Of a stretch of 64,000 bases of DNA, positions 1-13,816 are shown piece by piece. This DNA is from Amoebidium appalachense (taxonomy: Eukaryota; Protista; Ichthyosporea). The notes beneath the pieces were generated by a model. That model searched no databases. It had not been told where the DNA came from and was given only the letters and a program-made list of their open reading frames with translations. Location of the stretch: positions 2,744,259 to 2,808,258 of the forward strand of contig CAVNZM010000002.1 of the NCBI GenBank assembly GCA_963693365.1. The letters run 5' to 3'. Made by a program: the position numbers and the translations under genes. The first letter of the stretch is position 1. Every line of letters starts with the position of its first letter.

Positions 1-255
1 CCCCTTCCCTGCCGCCCCCCCCCCCCCTCCCCCCCCCCCCCCCCCCCCCATCCTCTCGTGGCAGCCGATATCAGCAGTGTTGCATTTTTTTCTTTTTTCT
101 CTTTTTTCTTTTTCCTTTTTTTTTTTTTTTTTTTTTTTTTTGGTGGGGATGCAAGTGCTGGAACACTCAGCGGAAGACAGAGCTCTATTACCTTCTTCTT
201 TGGCTGGCGCTTCCCGGTCTAAGGAGCCATGTTGTTGGAACCATCGTTTTTTATG

Positions 256-500
<245 letters not shown>

Positions 501-649
501 TACACTGTATATTTGCGCAAGTACGTATGTTAGTGGTTATGTTAGTGTTAAAGTACAACTCTGCGCAATCAACACTCGTGCTCGTTAGGTGTGTGTGTGT
601 GTGTGTGTGTGTGTGCACATGTGTTTGTGAATGTGTGTGTGGCCTTTGG

Positions 650-683
<34 letters not shown>

Positions 684-1003
684 ATGCACCACCAATCCAC
701 GCCCTTACCGTGTACACCCCAAACGCCATGGCCCATGTGCATGCACGCACACACATATGCACACATACATTCACACACAGACACAGCCCGATAGATGCAC
801 GAAACACAGATAATACACACCTTACACAACCCCCCCCCCCCCCTCCCCTCCTCCTCTCCCCCCCTTCCCCCCCTCCCCCTCCCCCTCCCCTCATCCCTCC
901 TCCCCTCCCCTCCTCCGCCTGCCTTCTACCTGTCCTCACAGTCGCTCGAACATCAGTGGGAATCCAAACTTGTTCCTCCCCTTTCCTCCCCCCTCCCTTC
1001 CAA

Positions 1004-1089
<86 letters not shown>

Positions 1090-1225
1090 CCCACCTCCCC
1101 TCGCCCCCTCCCCTCTCCCCTCCCCTCCCCTCCCCCCCCCCCCTCCTCCCCCCCCCCTCCCCCCGCTGCCGCGGCCGCCGCCCCCCGTCCCCTCCCCCCC
1201 CCCACCACCACCCACACAAACGTAC

Positions 1226-1557
1226 CTCCTCCGACTCTGAATCGCTGCTAACCACCGTAAGTCGTATTGCCCCCAGGGGGGGCATAGGTGCAGCCTTTCT
1301 CTTAGCCACCGGGTGAATGACTTCGTGCACCTCCGGTTCAGGTGGTGGTTTTGCCCCCGTTTGGGACGAAAGGGCGGCAACTTTTGATTGGGCCTTGGTT
1401 TGCTTTTTTTGGGGTGCCTTTTTGTCGCTTGATGGTTGCTGCAATAGAGGGCAATGTCAGACAGTGCCCCCCTCCCTCCCCCTCCCCCCCCCACACACAC
1501 CCCCACACACACTCATACACACTTGTCCCCCTCCCCCCCCCCCACCTCCCACCCCCT

Positions 1558-1588
<31 letters not shown>

Positions 1589-3256
1589 ACCACCTCTCTC
1601 GCGCACTCTCTTCCCCTCTCCCTTTTGACCATCCCTCCCTTCTTTCGCTTCCCCCCACATCCCTTCCTTATCCCCCCCTCCCCCCCCCCTCCCCCCCCCC
1701 CTCCCCCCCCCCCCCCCTCTCTCTCAAGACAACACAGAAAACTACAGCTCTAAAATCTGGGGGCGAAGAAGAGATAACACAGCAAATGGATCTCAAGCCC
1801 ATTTTATCCCACATGTCTCCTCCCCCCCCCCCTCCCCCCTCCCCCTCGTTCCCCCCACTCCTTCCCCTCTGTCACACTGTCGGGACTCGGCCAGACAACT
1901 TGAAACAACCCTTCCCCCACCCCAAAAGAACGGCATTCAGATCTAAAAAGGGGGGAAACCGATATATGGGGTGGGAGAGGGGGGGGGGAGGGGGGGGGGG
2001 GGGGGGAAGGGGTGGTTACTATGCATCTCTGTGAGAGCGGAGGAGAATGGTGCAGAACGGAGAACGACAAGCGGGGCAATGGGGGGGAGGTGGAGGAGGA
2101 GGAGGAGGGGAGGGGGGAAGGGGGGGGGGGATGCAACCTAGGGTACGGTAACAAAGACAACCCAAAAAAATAATGATACATTGTATGCAAATACGAACGA
2201 CACGAGCACACCGTATCGAACATTTTATAGCGCACATTCCTTAGAAGAAGGGGACGGGGGAAAGGAGGGGGGGGGAGGATGGGGCGGGGAGAGAGAGGGA
2301 GGGAGGGGGGGGGGGGGGGGGGGGGGGGGAGTTGCAATGGTGAAGAGTATACAGACACAAAAACGAATATACCGTGCCAGGTACATAAAACGACAGAGGA
2401 CTATGTGTGTGTATGTCAGGGCAGGGGCGGGAGGGGCGAGGGGGGGGAGGGGGGGGGGGAGGGGGGAGGGAGAGGGGGGGGGGGGGGGGAGGGCTGACAA
2501 GCGGTCGGTGGTGTACCGATGACGCTTTGCGCTGGTTGTGTTCAATTGAACTCTGTTGGGAGGCAGTCTGTAAGTGTTTGCTGGCATCACCCATAACAAT
2601 GAAGAAAAAAGGGACGTATTGGTGTGGCAGGTGGGGTGTAGGGTAGGTGCGTGGAGAGGGAGGGGGAGGGGGGGGGGGGGGGGGGAGGGGAGAGGGTTGG
2701 TTACGAGAGAGAAGAAGATAGGAGATGTGATGTGATGTGTACGTGGTCTTTGTGACATGAACTGCATCAATATCTGTCTTGTCATATTATCGACTCGTCG
2801 CTTTCATGTTTGGTAGCCCCTTCAATGCACTGAGTGCATTGAAGGGGCTACCAAACATGAAAGGGACGAGTCGATAATATGACAAGACAGATATTGATGC
2901 AGTACATTCACCATGCAAACACTGCACACACACATACACACACGAGAGAGACACACACACACTGAGAGAGAAAGAAACACAAACACACACACACGGGTGT
3001 GTTTGTTAACATACGTGCATAAACACAGACACACCACGTATAAGCTAATTCATGTCACAAAGACCACGTACACATCACATCACATCTCCTATCTTCTTCT
3101 CTCTCGTAACCAACCCTCTCCCCTCCCCCCTCCCCCCCCCCCCCCCCCCCTCCCTCACCACACCCCGTTTCGGATCACCCTTAGTTCCTTCTTACCTAAA
3201 CAATATCGCCCAACCCACATCCCCCCCCCCCTCCCCCCTCCATCCACACACACGCG

Positions 3257-3293
<37 letters not shown>

Positions 3294-3530
3294 ACCACCA
3301 CCACCACCACCACCCACCCCCCCCCACCACCCCACCCCCCTCCCCCTACCTCTCCACCAGGCTTCCTGCAGGACACATAGAGATACACAGAGAGGAGGAT
3401 GAGAAAAAAAGAGGAGGGAAAGACACATACCCCTGCCGGGTGTCTAATGAAAGTCACCTCCTTTATGCCCTCTTTCGTCCTATCCTCGTCCAACTGTACC
3501 CATACACCGTAAGGCTCCTTTTTCTTTTTC

Positions 3531-3567
<37 letters not shown>

Positions 3568-3806
3568 TTGAGTTATCGATCAATATTATGTTCCGAAACC
3601 GACGTCTTTGAGTGCGTCTCAGTCGTCCAAGAGACCTACTGTTCTCCACTCTTGTCTATTCTCTAATTACACGAACTGATGAACAATTCATCTATTCAAA
3701 GCACTTGTAACCATACCAATTCAGCCTATCCTTCTCCGTCTTTTCCCCTCCATCCTCATTCCTTCTCAATCTGCACACGCCCCCCTCCCCCCTCCCCCCC
3801 CCCCGC

Positions 3807-3838
<32 letters not shown>

Positions 3839-4194
3839 AAAAAACCCGCCCTCCCCCTCCTCACCTCCCCGTGGGGGGCCTTACCCCCACCTCATCCCTC
3901 AAAGAACGTTTACAAGTTACAACTTCACCTAACCCATCTCCTTGCTTCATTCCCACCGCCCAACAATCTCCATTTCCCCCCTCAACCTGCCGTCCCACTC
4001 CCGCCCACTTTTATTTCCCAAACCCCTTTCGCCATCCCTCTTTATTCCCCTTCTGCTTTTTATGCCATACTTCTGTCCGTGAGCCCGCCCTACCCAGCAC
4101 CTACCTTCTGAAGGTACTTGATTGCACCCTGGTACACTTCCTCAGGCGTCACATCCAATCCAAGCAGTGGGAATATATATGCAGCTTCCATTTT
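1226..4194 (-). CDS. Unidentified multi-exon protein-coding gene (partial; probably continues past the left edge)
   Basis: Four GT-AG-bounded, phase-0 exons join without stops: 4105-4194 (KMEAAYIFPLLGLDVTPEEVYQGAIKYLQK), 3431-3493 (LDEDRTKEGIKEVTFIRHPAG), 2517-2567 (TASQQSSIEHNQRKASS) and 1226-1438 (QPSSDKKAPQ...SDSESEE). Further possible exons lie near 930-975 and 192-218. No family recognised. Confidence 0.55.
2686..3124. repeat. Long inverted repeat / fold-back palindrome
   Basis: Inner palindrome 2761-2903 centred on 2832 (about 71-bp arms, 1 mismatch). Outer arms 2686-2761 and 3049-3124 are exact reverse complements. 2904-3048 is unpaired. Confidence 0.95.
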
Positions 4195-4966
4195 CTGTGC
4201 ACGTTCATGTAGCAGTAGACACAGTGCCGACCTTGTGTTGCTAAAGCTGGTTGACTAAGGCGCAAAAAGAATATGTGGCTGTCCCATGTGTTCCTGGGTG
4301 TATGCGTTTATGTGTGTACGTGTGTGTCCGTGTGTATGCAAATACCGTGGACAGGTGGAGGGGGGTAAAAGTGGCGGTGCAACAGGAGGGAAATGAAAAG
4401 GGCAGGCCGCTGGAAAGGGGGGGAAGAAGGGCGGGTGCAGACGGGGGTGTGTGGGGTGGGGGGAGGGGGTGGGTGGATGGGTGGGTGGGGGGGGGGGGGG
4501 GGGGGGAAGCTATATAGACTTGAGAAGATGGATAGCTCCGTGTCTGATTGACTTGGGCAGGAATAGTGGATGCTATTCGAAGGACACCTTCAAGACGACT
4601 TGAAACTTGAGACCAGTCGCGAGGTATTGAGCGCGAAATTCACTCGTGTGTCTGACGCCAACCTAAATTCTGCTATGAGTGACAACACTTAATAAACGTG
4701 TGCATGTTTTAAAGGTGCTCACGTGAAACGTGTGCTACTACTTATCAATCAAAAGAACGTTTTTAAGGAACATGCTCTATTCAGTCGTTTGCTACTGGGC
4801 AACGGTAGGGAGGACAGGCCACTGGCACCCGAGACACAGCCAACTTATGCATGCAGCGTGTGGAGAGCTACAGTGGTGTGCGTGTGGTAAGCTGCAGTGG
4901 TGTGATCATGCTGTGAGCGAAGTTCAAGGCTTGACCAGCTTGACCGTCTGACGGTCTGAGATCATG

Positions 4967-5056
4967 CAGGGTTCGAAGTTACGAAAAAAAATCGGAATTT
5001 CCGATATTTGAAAACACAGTTCCGAAAATCGTCCCGGCCAAATCGGAACGTCCGAG

Positions 5057-5108
<52 letters not shown>

Positions 5109-5288
5109 GGGAAAGCTTCTCATGACTTCGCAGGTCTCATCATACACGGGGCATACACCACCCACACAAGCTGCACACGTACGTACGTGTCTCCCTGTCC
5201 CTGTAGAATGTTCATTGGCAGACCCTGACTACAGCGCAAGCCTAGCACATGTACATGTTGTCACACCAAACACATTTATGCACACACC

Positions 5289-5339
<51 letters not shown>

Positions 5340-6088
5340 ACACAAATTCACACACACACAGCCGTGACACCACATATGCATCATAGCCATGCATGGCCAC
5401 ATGAACATACAATGCACATGCCTGCGCATGTATATATAGGCCGGCCTCCACTTCAAAACTTCGAATTCCCCCCCCCCCAGAAATCGAACCCCATTCCCCC
5501 CTCCTCCGCTGCCCACCGTTTCCTCCACCAGTGCTGCCCCTCCTTCTCCCCCACCGCCGCTCCGGCCTCACCCCTCACCCCTCCCCCCCCCTCTCAGGCG
5601 GATCCCTCCCCCCCCCCCCCCCCCCCACTGGTACTCCCCCTTCCCCCCCCCCCCCCCCCCCCCATTCCCCCCCAGGAAGGCCTAAACATGGAATGGATCT
5701 AGATGCTCAGAGTCGACGGCCACCAGGTGCAGGTGCCACGTGTATCACGATCAGTGGCACGCGTCTTCAATGGCAGGCGATACATGTACACACACTGTGC
5801 ACCACTGTGTTCCGTTCAAAGACACACATCCACATACATTAACAGCCGTGACACCACACAATCATGTGACCTAGGCTAGTACACGTGCACAGGCACATAC
5901 TATCTCAGATCATGATAACTGTATTACAAACGTGCACATGCCTCCACCCTGTACAATCACATGCTATGCACCCACCCACCCACCCACACACACAAACACA
6001 TGTACACACACACACACACACACGCACACACACACTTACACTGCACACACACACCATGTACACGGCGCACGCACACACACCCCGTGGC

Positions 6089-6123
<35 letters not shown>

Positions 6124-6313
6124 CAAGAAACCGTTGGTACAAACACACACACCCACACTGGCATGTACACACACATACACAGAGACACACACCCTGCATA
6201 CATACACACCACACTGCACACACACACACATACATACACACACTGTACATACATACACACACACCATAACCGTTGGCACAAAACACACACACACACATAC
6301 ACACAATGTCATG

Positions 6314-6364
<51 letters not shown>

Positions 6365-6639
6365 ACATGTGCACACATGCACACAACATAGACACACACA
6401 CCGATTACCGCTGACACAAATACACACACCCACACCTGTACACATACACACAGACACACACACCGTGCATACATACCCACCACACACACACACACACAAT
6501 TGCAAAGAAAAATACTCACACACACACAAACACAGACACAACCACCCGACCTGATTTTCTTCCCCCCCCCCCCCCCCTCTCCCCCCCCCCCAAACATTCG
6601 ATTTCTGCCTGAGCTTCCCATGTTGCTGCCTCAACTCAC

Positions 6640-6674
<35 letters not shown>

Positions 6675-7026
6675 CTCGAGCTCCCTCCCCTCCCCTCCCC
6701 CAGAATTTTTAAATACGGAGACAAAATATATATATATATATATATTGTGCGTTATGTAATGCACTTCATATTTCCCTTTTATTCCTTCAAAGCTTCAAGT
6801 GCCAACACCAGGAAGGCTCTAATAACCACAGGGGTTTTTGAGTACTATGCATTATAATTACATTTTGATGCAATATAGGCACAAATAAGCATGCCCTAGT
6901 TTACTGATGCGCGATGATTACGGTTTTTGGTGGGCCTGCTCCGACGGAGCATTCCGATTTTCGAAGAGGTTTTCCGAAACGGGATTTCGACTTCCGTTAA
7001 TGGGCTCCACCGTCCTTCGAACCCTG
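4967..7026. mobile_element. Putative non-autonomous hAT-like DNA transposon
   Basis: 12-bp perfect TIRs CAGGGTTCGAAG (4967-4978) and CTTCGAACCCTG (7015-7026). Clustered TCGGA/TCCGA subterminal motifs at both ends. Flanks CTGAGATCATG and CTGAGATG resemble a degraded 8-bp TSD. No transposase. Confidence 0.6.
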
Positions 7027-8067
7027 CTGAGATGGGTCTGATCATGAGAATGATTTTGGCGCCTTTCTCAGCCACGCCCAATCAAACCAACGCCTTCCTG
7101 GAACACCGTGATCTGCTGATATGGCGGCTGCGAAACCAGGGATGTTGGGGAGGGGGCATGGCCCAATGGGACTAAGTACTAAGTTTCAACTGGCAGTTAT
7201 TGAAGCCTTTGACATTAACCGCCACTACGGTGCTCCATGACCCTAACAGACCTTCGCACACATGTATATAGTACCCATGGCCACGTACGTAAACACTTGC
7301 AAGCGTGGCGAAAACAAACGATGTGGCCTTGGCATGCACCGTGCGGTGTGTATTGAACTGCCACGATGCGACCATCACGTGCACTGTGTATGATCCTTAC
7401 ATATTAAACGATCAATCCCCCCCCCCTCCCACCCACCCCCCGCCCCCCCTCCCCCCACCCCCCCCCCCTCCTCCCCTCCCCCCTCCCCCCCCCCCAAACA
7501 CACACACACCCACCCACACAACCCGGCATCGAGTCCCCGCACCTCACCGGGTGATTATGGGGGTGACCAGCATTTGCACGTGCTCAATTGATCATGAAAA
7601 GAAAGAAGATAAGCCCGGGGGGGGGGGGGGGGGGGGGGGGGGAGAGGAGGGGGTCGAAGACTGCTTTTGAAACCCTGGTAGTTTAAGAGAGGCTCATATG
7701 TCGGTAAGTAATGCCGACCAAAGCTATGTATCATACATAGCCTGTAGAGAAGGCATTATTGGAAATCCGAATTAATGATCTCAAGTTCTCCATATTCCGG
7801 CTTTTTTACTTGTTTTATAAAAACTTTTTTTTTCATACGGCTGGAATTCAAATCTTTGAGCGGTTTTCCAAAGTGACCATGAAACAGCTTAAGTTCATCT
7901 GGTTCTAAGTGGACAACAGGACTTGAAACGAAATTTACATATGCACCAAAAACAAAGAAACCCCAGCAATACAACTTGTGTTTGCAATTCCATGGCCTAC
8001 TAAAAAAAACAGCCTTCGGAGACCATCGATATTAGTACAGTGTCACCACGAGCAACAACAACAACAA

Positions 8068-8098
<31 letters not shown>

Positions 8099-8205
8099 AA
8101 AAAAAAAAAAGAAAAAGAAGAAGAAGCAGCACATACAAAGTCAGTCAGACACATTCTAAATTCAAATTCCTAAAACTAAATCTCCCGAATATCACACTTT
8201 TTTTT

Positions 8206-8498
8206 CTACTTCTTGCCGGTGCTCTTTGTGGCCTGCAGTTTCTTCTCGTGGTCGGTCTGTTTCTTGAGCTGCTCCAAGATTTTTCTTGGCAGCGACTCGT
8301 AGCACACTTGGCACATGGGCTTCTGGTCCCACTCCACAAAACGCGGGGGGTCTCCAAGGTTCTGTTTAGAAAATTGTCAGAAGATCCAGGCAAGAACGTG
8401 TGTGAATCACAAATGTCCCGGTTCAGGGCCAAACCCCCCACCCCTTCCCTCGCAACATCGACCAATACATGAGCACACGCACACACACACGCACACAC

Positions 8499-8581
<83 letters not shown>

Positions 8582-10193
8582 ACACACAGGGGCGCACACA
8601 CTCACACACGCACACACACAGCCACCATCAAATCAAAACCACACGAAGACTATGTACTGAGACATGCGCACCCAGCCCCCCCCCCCCCCCCCCCCCCCCA
8701 AACAACAAACAAACAAACAAAAAAAATAACAAATCCACCACCACCACCACCACCACCCACCACCACACGCACGCACACAGGGAACGCACGCATGCACGCA
8801 CGCACACACAACACACACACGCACACACACTTACACACACACACACCATTCCCCGATTGTTTCTTCCATAACAGAGGGACGAAGAAGGTTTCGAAAGGAG
8901 AAGGGGGAGGGAGGGGGGGAGGGGGGAGGGAGTCACCCACCACCACGCCTACGTATCACATCAACCATATAAGCCTCAAAATATTTGAAGCAACATACAG
9001 TGCAAATAACATGAGCTCAATCTGGTAACATGAACTTATGATACTGTAGCAACTGCAAAACACATGCCCTATGGCCGTGCTTAATAAATCCTCCGTATAT
9101 ACGTATATGGATTGTGAACACCTCTATGCACCCCAACTCGAGGCCACTACCCCTAGGCTCTGCGAGGCAAACTGTGAAATCGTGATAATACCCCCTTACA
9201 ATCTAAAAAAAGTGCATATATACCTTTCGCAATAACGACTCACCCTATCCCAATAAGCAAACGTACACATACCTCATCCCAACCCTCGACATGAGCATTA
9301 CATGTATTTAATATTCACGCACCAGAAGTGACCTATACGCAAAACGAATCATACTCTCCCAGTAAGCAAATGCGCATATACCCTATTCCCAACCCTAAAA
9401 GGTGCATACCCACCTTATCTCTTTTCTTTCTTGACACAAGAATAGGTGTTTTTGCGCACATACCCCTTTCCAAAAAAAAAATAGAAACCCACCTTATCGC
9501 AAGCCAGACACGAGAAGTGGTCCTTGCACCAAGTCTTGTTAAGTGCCCTGACGCAGTCATTTCCTTTGACCTGCTTGCGGCAGATGAAGCAGTCCTCCCC
9601 AAGCAGTGACCGGAAACAGCCCGTGCAGTACGGTGCACCTATGGTTGGTTGGTTTGCGTGAGCATGCGATGATTTTGGGGGGAAGGGGGACCGGCATGAT
9701 TGAAAGGTGATGCAAATGGGGGGGAGGGGGGGGGGGGGGGGGGAGGGGGGAGGGGGGGGAGGGGGAGGGGGGCAAGACCAGGGATGAATGGACGAAAGGA
9801 CGGTGGGTGGGTGGTGGGGTTAGATCGGGGGGAGAAAGGGGGAAGGTGTTTGAGGGGGGGGGGGGGGGGGGGGGGGGGGATGGGTGGGGGGAGAAGTGTG
9901 GCTCTGCTCTAGGCGGGCAGGATGTAACAGAGTTCTTTGATCCCCCCCCCCCCCCTCACCCCCCCTTCTCCCCTTCGCCCCGTCTGCTTGCCATTTGCCG
10001 AGATGGTGTTTGTTTCTACAACGGGGACGGAAGAAAAAGAAGGGGGGGGGGGGGGGGGCATGAATTTGGTAGTACAAAGTCACAAAAAAATTAATCGAAT
10101 CTCACCCCCTCTTTGCTCTTTCTTTTTTCTTTTCTTTTCATTTTTATGCCGGGGAATTTTCCCGGGGTTGAGGGACCGGGGGAGGGGGAGAAA

Positions 10194-10235
<42 letters not shown>

Positions 10236-12324
10236 GCACACGCTCCAAGAAATGGGATCAATGAACAGCAATCACCACTGGGACACCGTGATAAGTATGC
10301 AGAAAATATGCAGGGGGTCACAAGTGAACACACCTTTGTACTCGTGGTACGAGCGGCCACCAAAGTTTGTTTCACATCTGCAGGCGTAGGAAATTTCTTA
10401 TTTAGTATGGCGGCCCTTTTATCTGCTTCATCTTTTCGTGGTTTCTCCCCGTTCTTCCGTCTTCCCCACCTTGACAAATCCCCCCCCCCCCCCCCCCCCC
10501 CCGCCGCCGCCGCCCCGGAACCTCCCTCTCCCAGCCCCTACATGCAATACCAGCCCCTCCCTATATAACTGAAAGAAAGCATTCCAACATCCGACAAGCA
10601 CATCTGAATTCCTAACGAGGAGAGCAAACGGGAATGTGTGCCCCTCTTTTTGCATGTTGGTGGGCAGGTTTCCACACCCAGAACTGTGTGCATGATGTCA
10701 TTTAGGGATTTCGTTTTATATGGGTTGTTTGGTTGCGGAAACAGAACCTCAGTAATGGGTTAATGTTAAACGGCCAAATGCCCGTCTGGCAGATAATAAT
10801 AGTCTACAACCTGCAAACTCCATCTCGCAGCTTTATGAATGATTCCAGGGCCGTACGATCAGATCTGACGTCAGACAAGGTGTGTGTGCGTGCGCGCGCA
10901 TGTGTACGTGCGAGTTTATACGCGCGTGTGCGCGCGCCTCTGTGTGTGTATGTGTGCAAACGTGTGTGCCATACGTGGGGAGAGAGTCTCAAAGTCTGGG
11001 TGGACCAAGAAAGAGTGCAAAAGAGAGAGCGAGTGAGCCTCGAAAGAAGAAAAGAGAGGGCGCAGGGGAGGAGGGGGGTCTGCTTCTAAAGAGCGGGTGG
11101 TACATGACGTACTTTGCACACACAAAATGCTCTGGATGCCACTCCCTGCCCAACGCATTGAAGCTGCGGCCTTCGATTGGCTGCCTGCAACCACCACAGA
11201 TCGGCAGTGCTTGTACCTGCAGCACGAAAAAGGCACGAAAATCCATGTCAGAAAACTGTCAGATAAAAATATGCTTCTTCAAATGATGGATTGGGCAACT
11301 TCCTTGAGTAATATCATGATAATAAGATTTATTTCATGTGTTTTGGGGGTTAGTTTTAGTCAGCTAGTATCAACCTAACCTCAGTCTCCAGCAGTTGAGA
11401 TAATAATCTTCCTATGATCTAGGATGTGTGCTGCACAAGGAAACAGCCAAGTGTGCCATTGTTTGAACATAATGGCCTGTAATGGTTATCGTGCCTACAT
11501 CTCAATGATAGAATCTTATAGCATAAAAGAGACACTTTCCTGTCAGACTTCACGGGAGTCTGGGTAATTTTTTTTGCGGGGGCATGGGTGGGTGTTGGTG
11601 GTGGTGTTGATGGTGGTGCTGTGTGTGTGTGTGTGTGTGGGTGGGTGGGTGGGTGGGTGTGTTGTGGGGGAGGAGGGGGGGGGGGAGGGGGAGGGGGGGG
11701 GTACCTTATCGTAGTGGAACGGACAGTACCACTTGCCCTCCTTCTCTCTGCCCAAATGGTCCAGCACACACTTGCATTCGGCACAGTTGAAGTGGTGGGG
11801 GTGCATACGCTGGGGGGGGAGGGGGGTGTAAGTCCAGAAACCATGACGTGAGCTTGTGAGTTCTGCAGCTCAACTGATGGCAAAAGCCACGAAAACATGA
11901 TCGGAAAACGTGAACTTTTTTTTTGGCTGGCAAAGGAAAACGGTGACGTGCTCAGGCAATGTGCATACACGGCACATAAATTGCGTCATCTCCGCCAGCA
12001 CTTGCACACCACACCGATATACCAGTATCAGTATGTACCATGGCAATGAAACCCAAACAGCGACAAGATATTCCGCCCTTCTGGAAGCCCCCCCCCCCCC
12101 CCCCCCCCCCCCCCCCCATCCCCACCTACCCCCCCGGGAAAACGTACACCAAACACCCAACACACACACACACATACACCAAACAAAACCCGAAAACAGG
12201 ATTTGTGTGTGTTTGTGTCGGGAAAGGGGAGGATGTGTGTGTATGTTTGTGTCTGGCGGTGGTGGTGGTGGTGGTTAGGGGGAGGGGAGGGGGGGGGGGG
12301 GGTACGTTTTCCGGGGGTGGGGAT

Positions 12325-12376
<52 letters not shown>

Positions 12377-13567
12377 GCAGCAAAAAAAAAAAGATCTCCG
12401 AATCGGGGAATCGAACCCCGGCCGCCACGGTGAGAGCGTGGAATCCTAACCACTAGACCAATTCGGATTGGTGACAAAATGTCCAGTAAACAATCGTCGA
12501 CGGAAAAACCAAATGGTTACCATGGTTCCCCAACACACCGTGCATCTCTGTAAAGCTCCCCAGGGGTCTTCGTCTAAATATCTTGTCTAAATGGGTTTTT
12601 GCTTGCATGTATTTTTCCATGTTCCGGCCAGCATTTTTGTAGGAATGCGCCTGTGTTTCCACACCTCAAAATATACATGCCTCTGTTTGTTTGCGTTCTT
12701 GTGTACACGTGGGCGTCTGTGCATTCGTGTTTTGACAGCGTGCACGTTTGCGTGCGGGGGCAACGGTATGACACCTTAAACATCGCACAAAAAGTAAGCG
12801 TATCATGCTATAGAAAAGTGTGGCTGTGTGCGCTTGTGTTTGCACAGTATCATTTATAGCTACGACCACGTGGGTGTACGTCTAAACTGTTCGTGCACGA
12901 GTCACTTGTGCCTGTAAGCTCTTGGATGTCAGTGTGTACATGTACCTGCAAGGGGATGCAGGTCAAGGTGTATGTGTGTGTACGTGTGTGTGTGTGTGCG
13001 CGCGCGTGTCTGTGTGTGGTGATGGTGGTGGTGGTGGTGGTGGGGGGGGGGGGGGGGGGGGGGGGGGGCTACCTCTCCAGACACGACCAAGAATGTATTA
13101 CCCAGATCTTGGTTGCATTGGGCACACTTGGGCTTCTTGACCTGTTGGAAAAGTGTCTCAGTACAAGGCTATAATGATGCAAATACATCATGAAGTTCAT
13201 GGTCACGAGCAATGGAAATGCTACTATTTTCCAGTACTCAGGTGATATGCACGACACATGCTGTTTCAATAATAAATAGTGATTTTTTTTAAAAGGGTGC
13301 TAAACTTGTCCCAGTTTGGCAGTTGCAACGCCCACAAAGAATATGACAATCTTCTTACTGTTGAGCCCCTCTCCCCCCTCTCTCTCTCCCCCTCCCCCCC
13401 CCCCCTCCCCCACACACACACACAGACACCTAACCCGCCCCCCACCCCTTTCCGCCGGTTGCCGCAGGACCCCAACCAGCCCTGTAACATAAGTACATTT
13501 TCCACAACCTACCAAGCTACTAACCCATGATTACATACACATGCATCGTTTCTAAAACGATCCGGGG

Positions 13568-13607
<40 letters not shown>

Positions 13608-13767
13608 ACACTGTTTCGAAACAAAAAGCATATACGACAGACAAAACAACGCAGATTTTACAAAAACACACTTCTTAGACGTGACAGAGTAAAAAGCACA
13701 TACGACGGACAAAACAAGGCAACGTTATCAGCCTGAGCCCATCTTGAGAAGGGGGGGGGGGGGGGGG

Positions 13768-13816
<49 letters not shown>

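Noticed and set aside
4515-4960. Possible decayed coding sequence on the + strand, with a similar stretch at 7027-7260
   Set aside because: Multiple stops and no recognisable family.
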